Source of the DNA: Leptospiraceae bacterium
GTDB lineage: Bacteria; Spirochaetota; Leptospiria; Leptospirales; Leptonemataceae
Direction of reading: 5' to 3'
Assembly (NCBI GenBank): GCA_040217195.1
Contig: JAVJNR010000005.1
Coordinates: 288,001-352,000 of the forward strand
Length of the DNA stretch: 64,000 nucleotides
The notes below the pieces were generated by a model, which searched no databases, was not told where the DNA came from, and was given only the letters and a program-made list of their open reading frames with translations. The translations under genes and the position numbers were made by a program. Every line of letters starts with the position of its first letter. The first letter of the stretch is position 1. This document shows positions 31,966-43,268 of this stretch, piece by piece.

Positions 31966-32298
31966 TTACTTAACCGGTATACCACTGATTCTTACACAGG
32001 CATAGGCGAATGACGGAATGCCCGCCACGTATTCTAACGAAAGATTTCTAAACCCTGTAGTTCCAGGAGGCGCCTTGGCAACCAGCTGCTCCAGTACGAT
32101 ACGTCCGTCAGGCTGTTCTGCGAACAAAGGAAACCAACGACAATCTTCGCCAGACAGTCTTGGACCTAAGTCCTGCTTTCCTTCTACTTTCTCAAGGGTA
32201 ATTGTTCGATAGTTCCCAAAGTGCATCTCAGCGAACAATGAGCTGGAGCAGAGCAAGAGCCCTACAAAAATCATTAATGTAGCTTTCAAACCTTTCAT
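31966..32298 (-). CDS. Small exported protein
   Basis: Signal peptide MKGLKATLMIFVGLLLCSSSLFA; GGAG RBS. Confidence 0.55.
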   Translation of the reverse strand: MKGLKATLMIFVGLLLCSSSLFAEMHFGNYRTITLEKVEGKQDLGPRLSGEDCRWFPLFAEQPDGRIVLEQLVAKAPPGTTGFRNLSLEYVAGIPSFAYACVRISGIPVK

Positions 32299-32324
32299 TT
32301 GATCTCTCCATGCGGCGTTGCCGC

Positions 32325-32645
32325 TTATTCTACAGGTGTTCCCTGAAATTTCATGCAGGCAGGCAAACCGGTTGCATCCCATACAATTCTGGCATTCTTC
32401 CAGGTCGTAGTGCCCTGTTCCTTGCCCGATTTCCTCATTGCATCTACGATGAAGTTACTGAGCCCCGCAGCGCAATGTTTTGTCATCGGTGCAGATTCAT
32501 CCGGCGTCATATTCCGAGGCGCGACCTCTACATAGGCTATATTACCCCAATTATACGTTATGCAGCTAATTCCGGACATCGCGATTACGAGAGAAATCAG
32601 GATAAGCCGACAAAAACTTCGTCCATACAGCACTGACGTTATCAT
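32325..32645 (-). CDS. Small putative lipoprotein
   Basis: Hydrophobic stretch ending GISC; Cys pair; in tandem with the next small exported gene. Confidence 0.55.
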   Translation of the reverse strand: MITSVLYGRSFCRLILISLVIAMSGISCITYNWGNIAYVEVAPRNMTPDESAPMTKHCAAGLSNFIVDAMRKSGKEQGTTTWKNARIVWDATGLPACMKFQGTPVE

Positions 32646-33177
32646 CCCTTAATTTGTATTAGTGCGATATAACTGACAAGAAAGTTTCCCGGTACGCAGG
32701 AATTATTTCGCGATAATCCCAGGGCGCCTGGAAGAAATACCGAAGATTGGTCGGTGGCGGCGGCTTACATCGATTCCCGCAGGGATTGGGTCCCCTGGAA
32801 TGTCACTTCTGAAATTGAACGAGCATATTTCGCCATTGGGATTCTATCTTGATGGTGAGAAATCCTTCTGAAGACCTAGCGTTAGATACGGTCCCGATCT
32901 CCATCGGGCAATCGCATATAAGGAAACTCTGGCACGCGCCCGAGGACATTCTCTGGAGGGAAGTCAACTTCGGCAATGGCTGGCTGGTCGCGCAATAATG
33001 AGAGCCCGGAAATCGGGCGCTCAGGTTGGAAATCCAAAATCCCGGTTCATTCCCGTTGCTTCCTGCAGGAAAGAGTCCCTGACATCCACACCATTTTCAA
33101 ATAAAGAGGTTGCAGTATGGAAGCCGATGGCCCAATGCTAGCCACTATTATTCACAGAGGATAGACATGAGGTACCA

Positions 33178-34287
33178 ATGATAAAAGCAGCTCTGCGGTC
33201 TACAGGCAGACGATTCATCCATTTCGTGGATATGTTTGCCTATCCCTTGCGTCTATCTCATTATCTCGAATTGATCAATCCATTGTGGACCAGGCATTCC
33301 CTGCAGGCCCGAGTTGTAAAGGTCTGGGATGAAACAAAAGATTCCCGGACTCTTACTTTACGTCCGGGACGGGGTTGGCGTACTCATCGACCGGGACAGC
33401 ATATCCGCGTTGGTGTCCCCATTGGTGGAATGCGTCATACCCGGACCTATTCCATTTCATCGGCTCCCGGAACCCTGGACGGATGTATTAACATAACAGT
33501 CAAAGCCATCACAGACGGCCGTGTTTCTGGCCATCTGGTACGGTATCTGAAGCCCGGCACTTATTTGCCCATTGGCGAACCCCAGGGTGAGTTTGTTCTA
33601 CCCTTCGCTATTCCAGTCCATCCGTTATTTATCACAGCCGGCAGTGGCATCACTCCCATAATGAGCATGCTTCGCAACTATATCAAGGAATACCGGGCAT
33701 TGCCAGACATTAGGCACATCCATTACGCGCCTCATTCCTACGACGTGATTTTCGGAAAGGAATTACAGCGACTGGTTGAGTCGCAAAAGCATTATAAGTT
33801 GCATCGAATATACACCCGCGAATTGGGAGAAACCGTTTCGCAAAAATTACACTTTAGTCCGGCGCAGCTGGAGCAACACTGCCCGGATTGGCGGCAGCGT
33901 GATGTCTGGGCCTGCGGGCCGGCGGCTCTTTTGGATGCTGTGGAAGAGCACTGGGCTCAGGCCGGACTTTCCGATCGGCTCAATGTAGAGCGCTTTCGCG
34001 CGAAACTAGCAGATACCCCGGCCGACGCAAAAGGCGGCACAATAAAATTTGCAACCAGTGGATTGGAATATCTGTCTGATGGAGAAACGAATATACTCCG
34101 GTTAGCCGAAGACGCCGGGCTCAATCCCGGGCACGGTTGCCGTATGGGTATATGTCATTCCTGTGATTGCGCTCTGGTAGCAGGATCCGTGCGAGACTTG
34201 AGAACAGGAGCAATAACCTCTGAGGCTGGCCAGACAGTACAGGTATGTGTGTCCGTTGCGGTCGGAGATGTAGAGGTGGAATTATGA
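33178..34287 (+). CDS. Ferredoxin reductase, electron-transfer partner of the acyl-CoA desaturase (Rv3230c-like)
   Basis: RTYSISS (FAD), AGSGITP (NAD), ACGP, C-terminal 2Fe-2S motif GCRMGICHSC...C. Confidence 0.9.
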   Translation: MIKAALRSTGRRFIHFVDMFAYPLRLSHYLELINPLWTRHSLQARVVKVWDETKDSRTLTLRPGRGWRTHRPGQHIRVGVPIGGMRHTRTYSISSAPGTLDGCINITVKAITDGRVSGHLVRYLKPGTYLPIGEPQGEFVLPFAIPVHPLFITAGSGITPIMSMLRNYIKEYRALPDIRHIHYAPHSYDVIFGKELQRLVESQKHYKLHRIYTRELGETVSQKLHFSPAQLEQHCPDWRQRDVWACGPAALLDAVEEHWAQAGLSDRLNVERFRAKLADTPADAKGGTIKFATSGLEYLSDGETNILRLAEDAGLNPGHGCRMGICHSCDCALVAGSVRDLRTGAITSEAGQTVQVCVSVAVGDVEVEL

Positions 34288-35453
34288 GTAGAGCAACCAG
34301 TACACAAAAAGACAGAGCAACAGCCTTACCGATCAAACTTAACGATGCAGAGATTGAAGAGTTTGGCCGCGAAGTAGAACTGATTCGCAAAGATGTAATG
34401 GACAGTCGTGGCGACCGCGATGCTCGTTACATCTACAGGTTAATCAAAGTGCAGCGCTCATTTGCTCTCATTGGCCGATTAATCATTTTCGCAAGCCTGG
34501 GCTTCTTACCGGAATGGGGGCATAAATTTGCACAATGGATCTATTTCTGGCCAGTGATGTCTTTAGGCGTCCTGTTACTTGCAAGCGCGAAGATCCTGGA
34601 GAATATGGAAATCGGACACAATGTTTCCCATGCACAATGGGACTGGATGCGGGATCCAAATATACAATCAGGAAGCTGGGAATGGGACCATGTATGCCCA
34701 TCGGATCAATGGAAGCATTCGCATAATGTAAGGCATCATACCTGGACCAATGTATTTGGTAAAGATGCCGATGTGGGCGGCTACGGGCTTCTACGGATGT
34801 TTCCCGAGCAGCGCTGGTCAAAATTCAATCTGGGCAATCCGATCTACGCTTTTCTACTTGCAGTATTCTTCGAATGGGGCATTGCCATTCAGGAACTGGA
34901 GCTTGGTCTTGTACTTACAGGAAAACGTAAACTTTCGAGAATGAAACCAATGCTGAAACGAACCGGAGCGAAGATGCTGCGTCAGGTCTTAAAAGACTAT
35001 GTTCTATTCCCTGCCCTTGCCGGTCCGTTTTTTCTGTATGTAATGGCTGCCAACGCCACTGCCTGCATAATTCGGAACCTCTGGACCTACATGATTATCT
35101 TTTGCGGCCATTTTTCCAAAGACGTGCATGTATTTACAATCCGACAAGTTCAAAACGAAACCAGGGGACACTGGTATGTACGGCAAATCCTCGGATCCTG
35201 CAACATTGGCGGCGGTAAACTATTTCATATCATGAGCGGAAACCTCAGCCATCAAATCGAGCACCATATGTTTCCGGACATGCCCAGTAATCGATACCCG
35301 GAAATCGCGCCCCGCGTACGCGCTCTCTGCGATCGCTATCGGCTGCCATATAACACACGATCCCTCACACTTCAGTTCGGTTCCGCTGTGGGTCGGATTT
35401 TCCGGATGACCTTTCCAGGCTATACGCGGGCTCCAGCCGCATCCGTGCCCTGA
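34284..35453 (+). CDS. Membrane acyl-CoA desaturase (DesA3/DesB-like)
   Basis: His boxes ENMEIGHNVSH, HNVRHH, QIEHH; ATGA overlap with the reductase gene. Confidence 0.9.
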   Translation: MSRATSTQKDRATALPIKLNDAEIEEFGREVELIRKDVMDSRGDRDARYIYRLIKVQRSFALIGRLIIFASLGFLPEWGHKFAQWIYFWPVMSLGVLLLASAKILENMEIGHNVSHAQWDWMRDPNIQSGSWEWDHVCPSDQWKHSHNVRHHTWTNVFGKDADVGGYGLLRMFPEQRWSKFNLGNPIYAFLLAVFFEWGIAIQELELGLVLTGKRKLSRMKPMLKRTGAKMLRQVLKDYVLFPALAGPFFLYVMAANATACIIRNLWTYMIIFCGHFSKDVHVFTIRQVQNETRGHWYVRQILGSCNIGGGKLFHIMSGNLSHQIEHHMFPDMPSNRYPEIAPRVRALCDRYRLPYNTRSLTLQFGSAVGRIFRMTFPGYTRAPAASVP

Positions 35454-35458
35454 GCATT

Positions 35459-35482
35459 GCCGGATCCCAACCGGCTTTTTTT
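35459..35482 (+). terminator. Putative intrinsic terminator
   Basis: GCCGG-loop-CCGGC followed by a T7 run just after the desaturase stop. Confidence 0.6.
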
Positions 35483-35526
35483 GTAGGTCGGGGTCCACGG
35501 TTGTGAGTACCATAGGCATAGTATCC

Positions 35527-36963
35527 ATGATTGCCTTCGACAATACCTATACCAGTCTTCCGGGGAAGTTCTATACAAATGGAAAGCCAGAGGTAGTTTC
35601 GCAACCTCAACTCTTTGCCTTCAATCATGAACTGGCCCGGGAACTGGGTCTTGATCTCTCGTCTGTTTCGGAGGGGGAGCGTGCCGCGCTGTTTACTGGC
35701 CAGTCATTACCCGAGCAGGCAAGCCCCATATCCTTTGCCTATGCCGGCCATCAGTTTGGACAGTTCAATCCACAACTTGGGGATGGACGGGCGCTGCTGT
35801 TGGGCGAGGTACTGGCGCCCAACGGTAATCGTTACGATATCCAGCTCAAGGGTTCCGGCGTCACACCCTGGTCCAGGGGCGGCGACGGAAAGTCCTGGGT
35901 CGGCCCGGTAATCCGGGAATACATACTCAGCGAAGCCATGCACAATCTGGGCGTACCCACCACACGGGCTCTGGCTGCAGCCACTACCGGCGATCCGGTT
36001 TATCGTGAATCCCCATTACCGGGGGGGATATTCACCCGGGTTGCTTCCAGCCATATCCGTATTGGCACCTTTGAATACTTTGCCGCCCGCCGGGACATAG
36101 AGAGCCTGAAACTTTTGGCGGACTATTCCATAGATCGCCACTACCCGCAATGCAATCAGGGCGAGAACCCGTATCTCGCTTTTCTAGAAGCAGTGGGCCG
36201 AAAGCATGCCGCACTTATCGCAAAGTGGATGTCTCTGGGCTTCATCCACGGTGTTATGAACACGGACAACATGGCCATCTCCGGGGAGACCATCGACTAC
36301 GGCCCGTGTGCATTCATGGATACCTTCTCGCAAAATAAAGTATTCAGCTCCATTGACCAGGGCGGGCGCTATGCCTACGGAAACCAAATAAGGATCGCCC
36401 AATGGAATCTGGTGCAGCTGGCCAATTGTCTGGTGCCTCTGGTGGATTCGGACAGCGACCGGTCCGTTAAGAAGCTCGAGGAGTGTCTCGGTCAATTGAT
36501 GGGGGTCTACGATGAAGAATGGCTAAAGGAAATGGCTTCCAAGTTTGGTATTTTCGAAGCGCGTCAGGAAGACATAAAGATCATTCAGGATTTCTTGAGC
36601 CATCTCGAAGAAGAACAGCTGGATTTCACCGTTGAGTTTCGCAGGATTACGGATAGCATGGATGCAGAGTGGGCCGCGGACAGCCAGGAGGAATTTCGCA
36701 GGACATGGCGCATACGCCTTGAGGATCAACCGCAGAGCTTTGGGAAGGCCGCCGAATTAATGAGTCAGAGCAACCCGGTGTATATCCCCCGTAATCACCA
36801 GGTAGAGCGCGCTATCCAGGCCGGAGCAGCGGGAGACTATTCACTTTTTGAACGCATGAACGAATGCCTGAAGACGCCTTTCGAAAAGCGCGAAGAGTTT
36901 GCCGAATTTGAGCTGCCGCCGGAGCCCCGGGAAGTTGTTACTGCAACTTTTTGCGGCACGTAG
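35527..36963 (+). CDS. selO: Protein adenylyltransferase SelO (YdiU family)
   Basis: YAGHQFG, QLGDGR, QLKGSG, GFIHGVMNTDN, IDYGP, C-terminal FCGT. Confidence 0.93.
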   Translation: MIAFDNTYTSLPGKFYTNGKPEVVSQPQLFAFNHELARELGLDLSSVSEGERAALFTGQSLPEQASPISFAYAGHQFGQFNPQLGDGRALLLGEVLAPNGNRYDIQLKGSGVTPWSRGGDGKSWVGPVIREYILSEAMHNLGVPTTRALAAATTGDPVYRESPLPGGIFTRVASSHIRIGTFEYFAARRDIESLKLLADYSIDRHYPQCNQGENPYLAFLEAVGRKHAALIAKWMSLGFIHGVMNTDNMAISGETIDYGPCAFMDTFSQNKVFSSIDQGGRYAYGNQIRIAQWNLVQLANCLVPLVDSDSDRSVKKLEECLGQLMGVYDEEWLKEMASKFGIFEARQEDIKIIQDFLSHLEEEQLDFTVEFRRITDSMDAEWAADSQEEFRRTWRIRLEDQPQSFGKAAELMSQSNPVYIPRNHQVERAIQAGAAGDYSLFERMNECLKTPFEKREEFAEFELPPEPREVVTATFCGT

Positions 36964-37157
36964 CGCGTTTGGAATCTGCGATGATTGGCCCGATCGAATT
37001 GCCAGAGTCAAGGTAATCGCATCAGCGAAGTATCCAAAGAAATCAAATTGGAACGTCGCAGCAAGATGCATGAGCAACCCAGTATGGAAATCGAACTTAG
37101 CATATAACCACATGGATACTCGGTCAGTGCGATGCTTGTTGTCTTCACCGGAGCTAT

Positions 37158-37499
37158 CCGCGCAGTTCTGAACCCGGAGTTTGCCTTAAAAGCACCGTCC
37201 GCACATTTCCGAACCCGGAGTTCGCTTTAAAAGCACCATCCGCGCATTTCTGAATCCGGAGTTCGCCTAAAAACCACCATCCGCGCATTTCTGAAACCGG
37301 AGTTCGCCTAAAAACCTCCATCCGCGCATTTCCGAACCCGGAGTTCGCCCTAAATCCGCCATCCGCACATTTCCGAACCCGGAGTTCACCTGATAAGCAC
37401 CGTCCGCGCATTTCTGAACCCGGAGTTCACCTGAGAAGCACCGTCCGCGCATTTCCGAAACCGGAGTTCGCCTTAAAAGCACCGTCCGCACATTTCTGC
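37158..37499. repeat. 41-bp tandem repeat (VNTR-like), 8 full copies plus a partial copy
   Basis: Unit approximately CCGCRCATTTCYGAACCCGGAGTTCRCCT...AAGCACCRT; copies start every 41 bp from 37158 to 37486. Confidence 0.95.
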
Positions 37500-37837
37500 T
37501 GAGCCTCCTTTCTCTGCCCCTATCCACAGAGCCGGGCCGCGGAAGCTAGAAACTGGTCTGCGGCGGAAGGGTCGACCCCGAGTTCAGGAAGGACGAGTGC
37601 AGCAAATCTGTCTACGGACAGACAGCTTGCTCCGAGAGCTGGCCCCCGCAGACCCTCGATATGCACGCGACCCAAACTGTGGAGAGTTATCCCCAATTTC
37701 TTGGAAAAAATGAATAGGCCGGGTCCCAGGGGTTTGAGCTCCCTTGTAAAAAATGTAAACCTCGATACTTTCTCTGCCCCCAATATCTGGTTGGCCGAAT
37801 AAGCCACCTGATCTCGGTTGTCGAGAAAGGAGAAAAA

Positions 37838-38602
37838 ATGAAACGAACTGTTGCTATAATCACTCTGGTAGCTCTGAGCGGAACCTTTGCCGCAAGATGC
37901 GCCACCCTGGACAAATTGGGATGGAACACGATCATCGGAACTGGTATTGGCTGTGGAGCCGGTCTGGCTCTGGGTGCCATCTACGATGAAGTCCAGCGCA
38001 AAAAAGAGAATAAGGACCGCAAGAAGCTGGAAAATGCCGTCTACGGTATCTTTAAAGAACGCAAGAAGCATAACCAGGGTAAGATCATTGGTCTGGCCAC
38101 TGGATGTCTGGCTGGCCTGGGAATCGGTGCCTATCTGGATATCATGAAAGAAGACATGGAAGATACCATGGGCGATAAAGGAATCTCCCTGGAATCTGTG
38201 AAAGGTCCGGATGGTGAAACCGATGAGCTCCTGGTTAAGATGGACGGAGATATTAGCTTTGATACCGGAAGCGCGGGCCTGAAGGGTGTTGCCAAAGACA
38301 ACGTAGACAAACTCTCCGAAGCTCTTGAAGCCTATCCAGAAACCAAAATCAAGATCTGGGGTCATACGGATTACACCGGTTCTCGTCCCGTTAATGATAG
38401 ACTGAGCCTATTAAGAGCTCAAAGTGTAGAGTCCGACCTCGGAATGCCTTCTTCTAGAATTGCAGAAGTTCGAGGATTTGCCTGGGATCGTCCTGTAAGT
38501 GGCGGAGCGCCTTCTCCAGGTGCCAATCGGGCCAATCGACGGGTTGAAGTGCGCATCGTTGCCGATAAGAGCGCTCTAAGCCCTGCAAGTCTCATACAAT
38601 AA
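37838..38602 (+). CDS. OmpA family lipoprotein with glycine-zipper segments
   Basis: Signal peptide with Cys; GTGIGCGAG and GLATGCLAG; ISFDTGS, GHTDYTG, LSLLRA, NRRVEV. Confidence 0.88.
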   Translation: MKRTVAIITLVALSGTFAARCATLDKLGWNTIIGTGIGCGAGLALGAIYDEVQRKKENKDRKKLENAVYGIFKERKKHNQGKIIGLATGCLAGLGIGAYLDIMKEDMEDTMGDKGISLESVKGPDGETDELLVKMDGDISFDTGSAGLKGVAKDNVDKLSEALEAYPETKIKIWGHTDYTGSRPVNDRLSLLRAQSVESDLGMPSSRIAEVRGFAWDRPVSGGAPSPGANRANRRVEVRIVADKSALSPASLIQ

Positions 38603-38617
38603 TCGCGCTGCCTCAAT

Positions 38618-38652
38618 CCGGGGGGGATTCGTCTCCCCCGGGTCCTTTTTTT
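38618..38652 (+). terminator. Putative intrinsic terminator
   Basis: CCGGGGG...CCCCCGG stem followed by a T run after the OmpA gene. Confidence 0.7.
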
Positions 38653-38690
38653 ATTCGGTTGACCTCAGCCACCTTCCTCACAAGCCTGCA

Positions 38691-38717
38691 TTAGCAGACG
38701 GGAGCATTGATTGCTAA
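38691..38717 (+). promoter_or_regulatory. CIRCE-like operator (HrcA site) upstream of groES
   Basis: TTAGCAGAC-N9-GATTGCTAA versus consensus TTAGCACTC-N9-GAGTGCTAA; TTGACC -35-like hexamer at 38659. Confidence 0.75.
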
Positions 38718-38808
38718 TCCCGGATACTTCTCCACCCGAGAAGAGCCCTCTGGGCAATAATTCAGACCGTTGAATTGTCTTTGGACAGTTCCAAATCAGG
38801 AGGAAGGA

Positions 38809-39093
38809 ATGGCAGTGAAGCCTTTAAGCGACCGAATCGTAATCGTTCCAAGAGAAGAAGCAGAGGAGAAAGTGGGATCCATTTATATCCCGGACTCTGC
38901 CCAGGAAAAGCCCCTGGAAGGCACCGTAGAAGCAGTAGGCCCCGGCCGAGTGGAAAACGGTGAACGTGTAACTCCAACTGTTAAGAAAGGGGATCGCGTA
39001 CTCTACGGAAAATACTCAGGTACAGAGATTAAAACCGATGGGAAGGAAATGCTGATCGTTCGCGAAGCAGACATCCTGGCCATCCTCGACTGA
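38809..39093 (+). CDS. groES: Co-chaperonin GroES
   Basis: VKPLSDRIV, IYIPDSAQEKP, VGPG, VLYGKYSGTE; AGGAGG RBS. Confidence 0.97.
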   Translation: MAVKPLSDRIVIVPREEAEEKVGSIYIPDSAQEKPLEGTVEAVGPGRVENGERVTPTVKKGDRVLYGKYSGTEIKTDGKEMLIVREADILAILD

Positions 39094-39106
39094 GCAATTT
39101 AATTAG

Positions 39107-40774
<1,668 letters not shown>

Positions 40775-40822
40775 GCCCTGCTACCGGAGCATTCGCTCTA
40801 CCTTTGCGATACATTTCGCAAG

Positions 40823-40852
40823 AAAGCCCGGCCATCTGGTCGGGCTTTTTTT
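40823..40852 (+). terminator. Intrinsic terminator of groESL
   Basis: AAAGCCCGGCCA-TC-TGGTCGGGCTTTTTTT. Confidence 0.85.
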
Positions 40853-41057
40853 ATACGGTAGCTGATTTCCAGAATTCTCGGATAAGCAATAAAGGGGCAA
40901 GACAATACAATGCGTCAGAAGTATATGGATAATCTCTGAGCAACCAACTCCCGGATAGCGAATTGCTCGGTCAGTCCGGGGAGATTCGTAATCCCCGCCG
41001 CAGACGACATTCCTGGTCTGCCCTTTCCTGCTATCTGCAATCTAACGATCGAAAGAA

Positions 41058-41477
41058 TCAATTAGGACAGGCACCATCCGTAAAGCCCATCACTCGGGTA
41101 TCCACACATGCAAAACAGCTATTGGCGTAGGATTGACGACACTGAGGACTAAAGCATCTTGAGGGCTTCTCGGACCAACCGCAGACTGGTTTGTAAATCT
41201 GAATGCAATTATCCGCTTCCTTCTGCCGTGGTCCGCAGCTCTGGTAAGAAGTAATGGGTCGTTCCTTAACTCGCTCGCAACCGCAGCCACAATCATCGAA
41301 GAAGGGCCTGGAATAGGAATCGCATTTGAATTTGATTCGCTCGCAATTCTGGGGATCCTGATTTACATATTCCTTTCCGTCGGTATCGCATCCATCTCCC
41401 CCGGGTGTGCCGGTACCGCATCCGATGAAAAGACCAATAAGGATTATCGAAGCTGGCAACAGGCCCAGTCGATTCAT
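41058..41477 (-). CDS. Cys-rich lipoprotein with a Kazal-like module
   Basis: Lipobox FIGC; CIQIYKPVCG...YANSCFAC...GAC; GGAG RBS. Confidence 0.65.
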   Translation of the reverse strand: MNRLGLLPASIILIGLFIGCGTGTPGGDGCDTDGKEYVNQDPQNCERIKFKCDSYSRPFFDDCGCGCERVKERPITSYQSCGPRQKEADNCIQIYKPVCGWSEKPSRCFSPQCRQSYANSCFACVDTRVMGFTDGACPN

Positions 41478-41495
41478 TGATTCACTCCTTTCCCA

Positions 41496-42569
41496 TTAAT
41501 TATTATGAGTAGAACAGAGCCGGTCCATATTTCGTAGATTCTCCATCAGGAGCTCCACAATCAAGGGGTCCAGGCTTATGAACGCATCTCTATAGGAAGG
41601 GGACGAATCATTCCAGCTTCTGCAGCCTCTTTTTTTCCCCTCCTGGTGAAATAAATGAAGAGAACGCAGAAGCTCATAGCGCTTCTGTCGCATGCTTGCA
41701 TTGTCTCCGGTTTTCCCCAGAAAGACCAGTTTTTCCAGTCCTGCGCGAATACTATCCGTATTGTTTGCACCCTCTTCTCCCGGTGGATGGATAGAGACTA
41801 TGACAGCCACCCGGTCCAGGGCAGCACGCCCCGGGGCAGGTAACAGGTAGGAAGAGAAGACCCGGAAAGGATTATTTCTCAGGCTGTGCGGATCGTCTGG
41901 AAGTATCCTGGTATCCACAAGAATTACATCATAGTGGATCTGAGAATAAGCATAGGACTGCCAGAATGTCAAAAAGCGATATTCTTCTATTTCCGGATCT
42001 CGGCTATCCAGCCCCGAGGAGCTCAGCCATTCCGATCGTAAAGCTTCAGCACCGGGCACAGCTGAAATTGGCTTTGCGGAGATCAGGGGCAGCGATCCAG
42101 AAGCCACACTGGCCGGAAACTCGGCTCCAATCAAAAGCACCGGCTCCAATTGAATCTGACGTAGATAGGATTCCTTGTCCTCTATAGAGAGACGCAAGGG
42201 ATAAGGACTTTCAATAGGCAATCTATTGCGTCTGACAGCTCGAGCCGTAATGAACTCAGTGTCCTGCGGCTGGTCGACGATGAAATGAAACCTGAGCTCG
42301 GGATAATCAGCATGTATCTCCTGACCAGCCCTCTCCAGCCATTGATCCAATTGTTCCCTTGCATAGAGCTTCTCTGATCGGCTGGTTAGTAAACCTACAT
42401 TCAAATACAGGTCCAGAGTTTCCCCGGGGCCCTTTTCAACTCCCTCGCCAAACATGGTACGCGGCCGAACATCTTCCAGAAGGTCGCAATTTGGCGAGCC
42501 AAGGAGCAGCAGGGCTGCAAGAATTAATGCAGGTCTAGCGTTCGCCGAATATCTCCTTTCGCTGCTCAT
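41496..42569 (-). CDS. Hypothetical exported/lipoprotein
   Basis: Long ORF with a hydrophobic N-terminal signal ending near a Cys. Confidence 0.6.
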   Translation of the reverse strand: MSSERRYSANARPALILAALLLLGSPNCDLLEDVRPRTMFGEGVEKGPGETLDLYLNVGLLTSRSEKLYAREQLDQWLERAGQEIHADYPELRFHFIVDQPQDTEFITARAVRRNRLPIESPYPLRLSIEDKESYLRQIQLEPVLLIGAEFPASVASGSLPLISAKPISAVPGAEALRSEWLSSSGLDSRDPEIEEYRFLTFWQSYAYSQIHYDVILVDTRILPDDPHSLRNNPFRVFSSYLLPAPGRAALDRVAVIVSIHPPGEEGANNTDSIRAGLEKLVFLGKTGDNASMRQKRYELLRSLHLFHQEGKKRGCRSWNDSSPSYRDAFISLDPLIVELLMENLRNMDRLCSTHNN

Positions 42570-42804
42570 CAATAAAATCCTGAATACCCCTCATTTTCTT
42601 GGCGAGGCAGGCGCGACACATACTATACTGGAATGTCTTTACACCTTTTTGACCACAACTTGCACACCCTTCGGGCTCCTCCTGTTCATCCATAGCAACC
42701 ACCATTCGATTCCCTTTCTGATGCATAGTAATTCGTTCCACCGTTCCCTGGTTTCCTTTATTTTTTTTACTTTCGACAGTATCAGACTGTCCACCGTCTT
42801 CCAT
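42535..42804 (-). CDS. Small hypothetical protein with two CxxC motifs
   Basis: CASCG...CRAC; overlaps the start of the downstream gene; start uncertain. Confidence 0.5.
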   Translation of the reverse strand: MEDGGQSDTVESKKNKGNQGTVERITMHQKGNRMVVAMDEQEEPEGCASCGQKGVKTFQYSMCRACLAKKMRGIQDFIDEQRKEIFGER

Positions 42805-43035
42805 TGAGTGAGCTACTCGCTCATCATTGCGGCCCGAGTCGACCTGAAAAGGCTTTCCAGAATGCAAGGCCCCAATGCGCAGCATCCCGGACCCGGCGCG
42901 CGCTTCTCCGGACTCGGCACAGCCCCCGTTTTCGACAAGGCCGGCCCAATTCGCTAATTTTTCTTTATTTTTCAGAATCAACATATATAATTTCCACTCT
43001 TCGCATCTCACCGACAGACTTCGCTGGTGTTCCAG

Positions 43036-43059
43036 GTTTATCCACGGCCGTGGATAAAC
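43036..43059. promoter_or_regulatory. Perfect 24-bp palindrome made of two inverted DnaA-box-like nonamers
   Basis: GTTTATCCACGG-CCGTGGATAAAC; each arm holds TTATCCACG (8/9 match to TTATCCACA). Confidence 0.55.
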
Positions 43060-43268
43060 TCCCACATTGTTTTGAACCTGCTCGGCCGCTTCGCCCGGCA
43101 GGCAAGCTCCGGAGCAGGCTATATATCCTGTCCGGGCTTCGCGGTCAAAGCAAAAAAGCGAAACATCAAGGGAGGGCCGGATATTTTTATTACACTTGTA
43201 TATACATTCGCATCCAGGTGCTCAGGCTTTTTTTATTGCATCTACAGATGGAACAAAAACCCTGCATT

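Noticed and set aside
37158..37499. CRISPR array
   Set aside because: Units are contiguous and homologous along their whole length, with no unique spacers and no cas genes nearby
37158..37499. LexA (Cheo-type GAAC-N4-GTTC) boxes in the repeat
   Set aside because: The spacer is 5 nt, not 4, and the array is not in front of SOS genes
42805..43268. Glycine riboswitch upstream of gcvT or in the gcvH-gcvPA gap
   Set aside because: No GGAGA...CCGAAG...CTCAGG aptamer pattern in the expected arrangement
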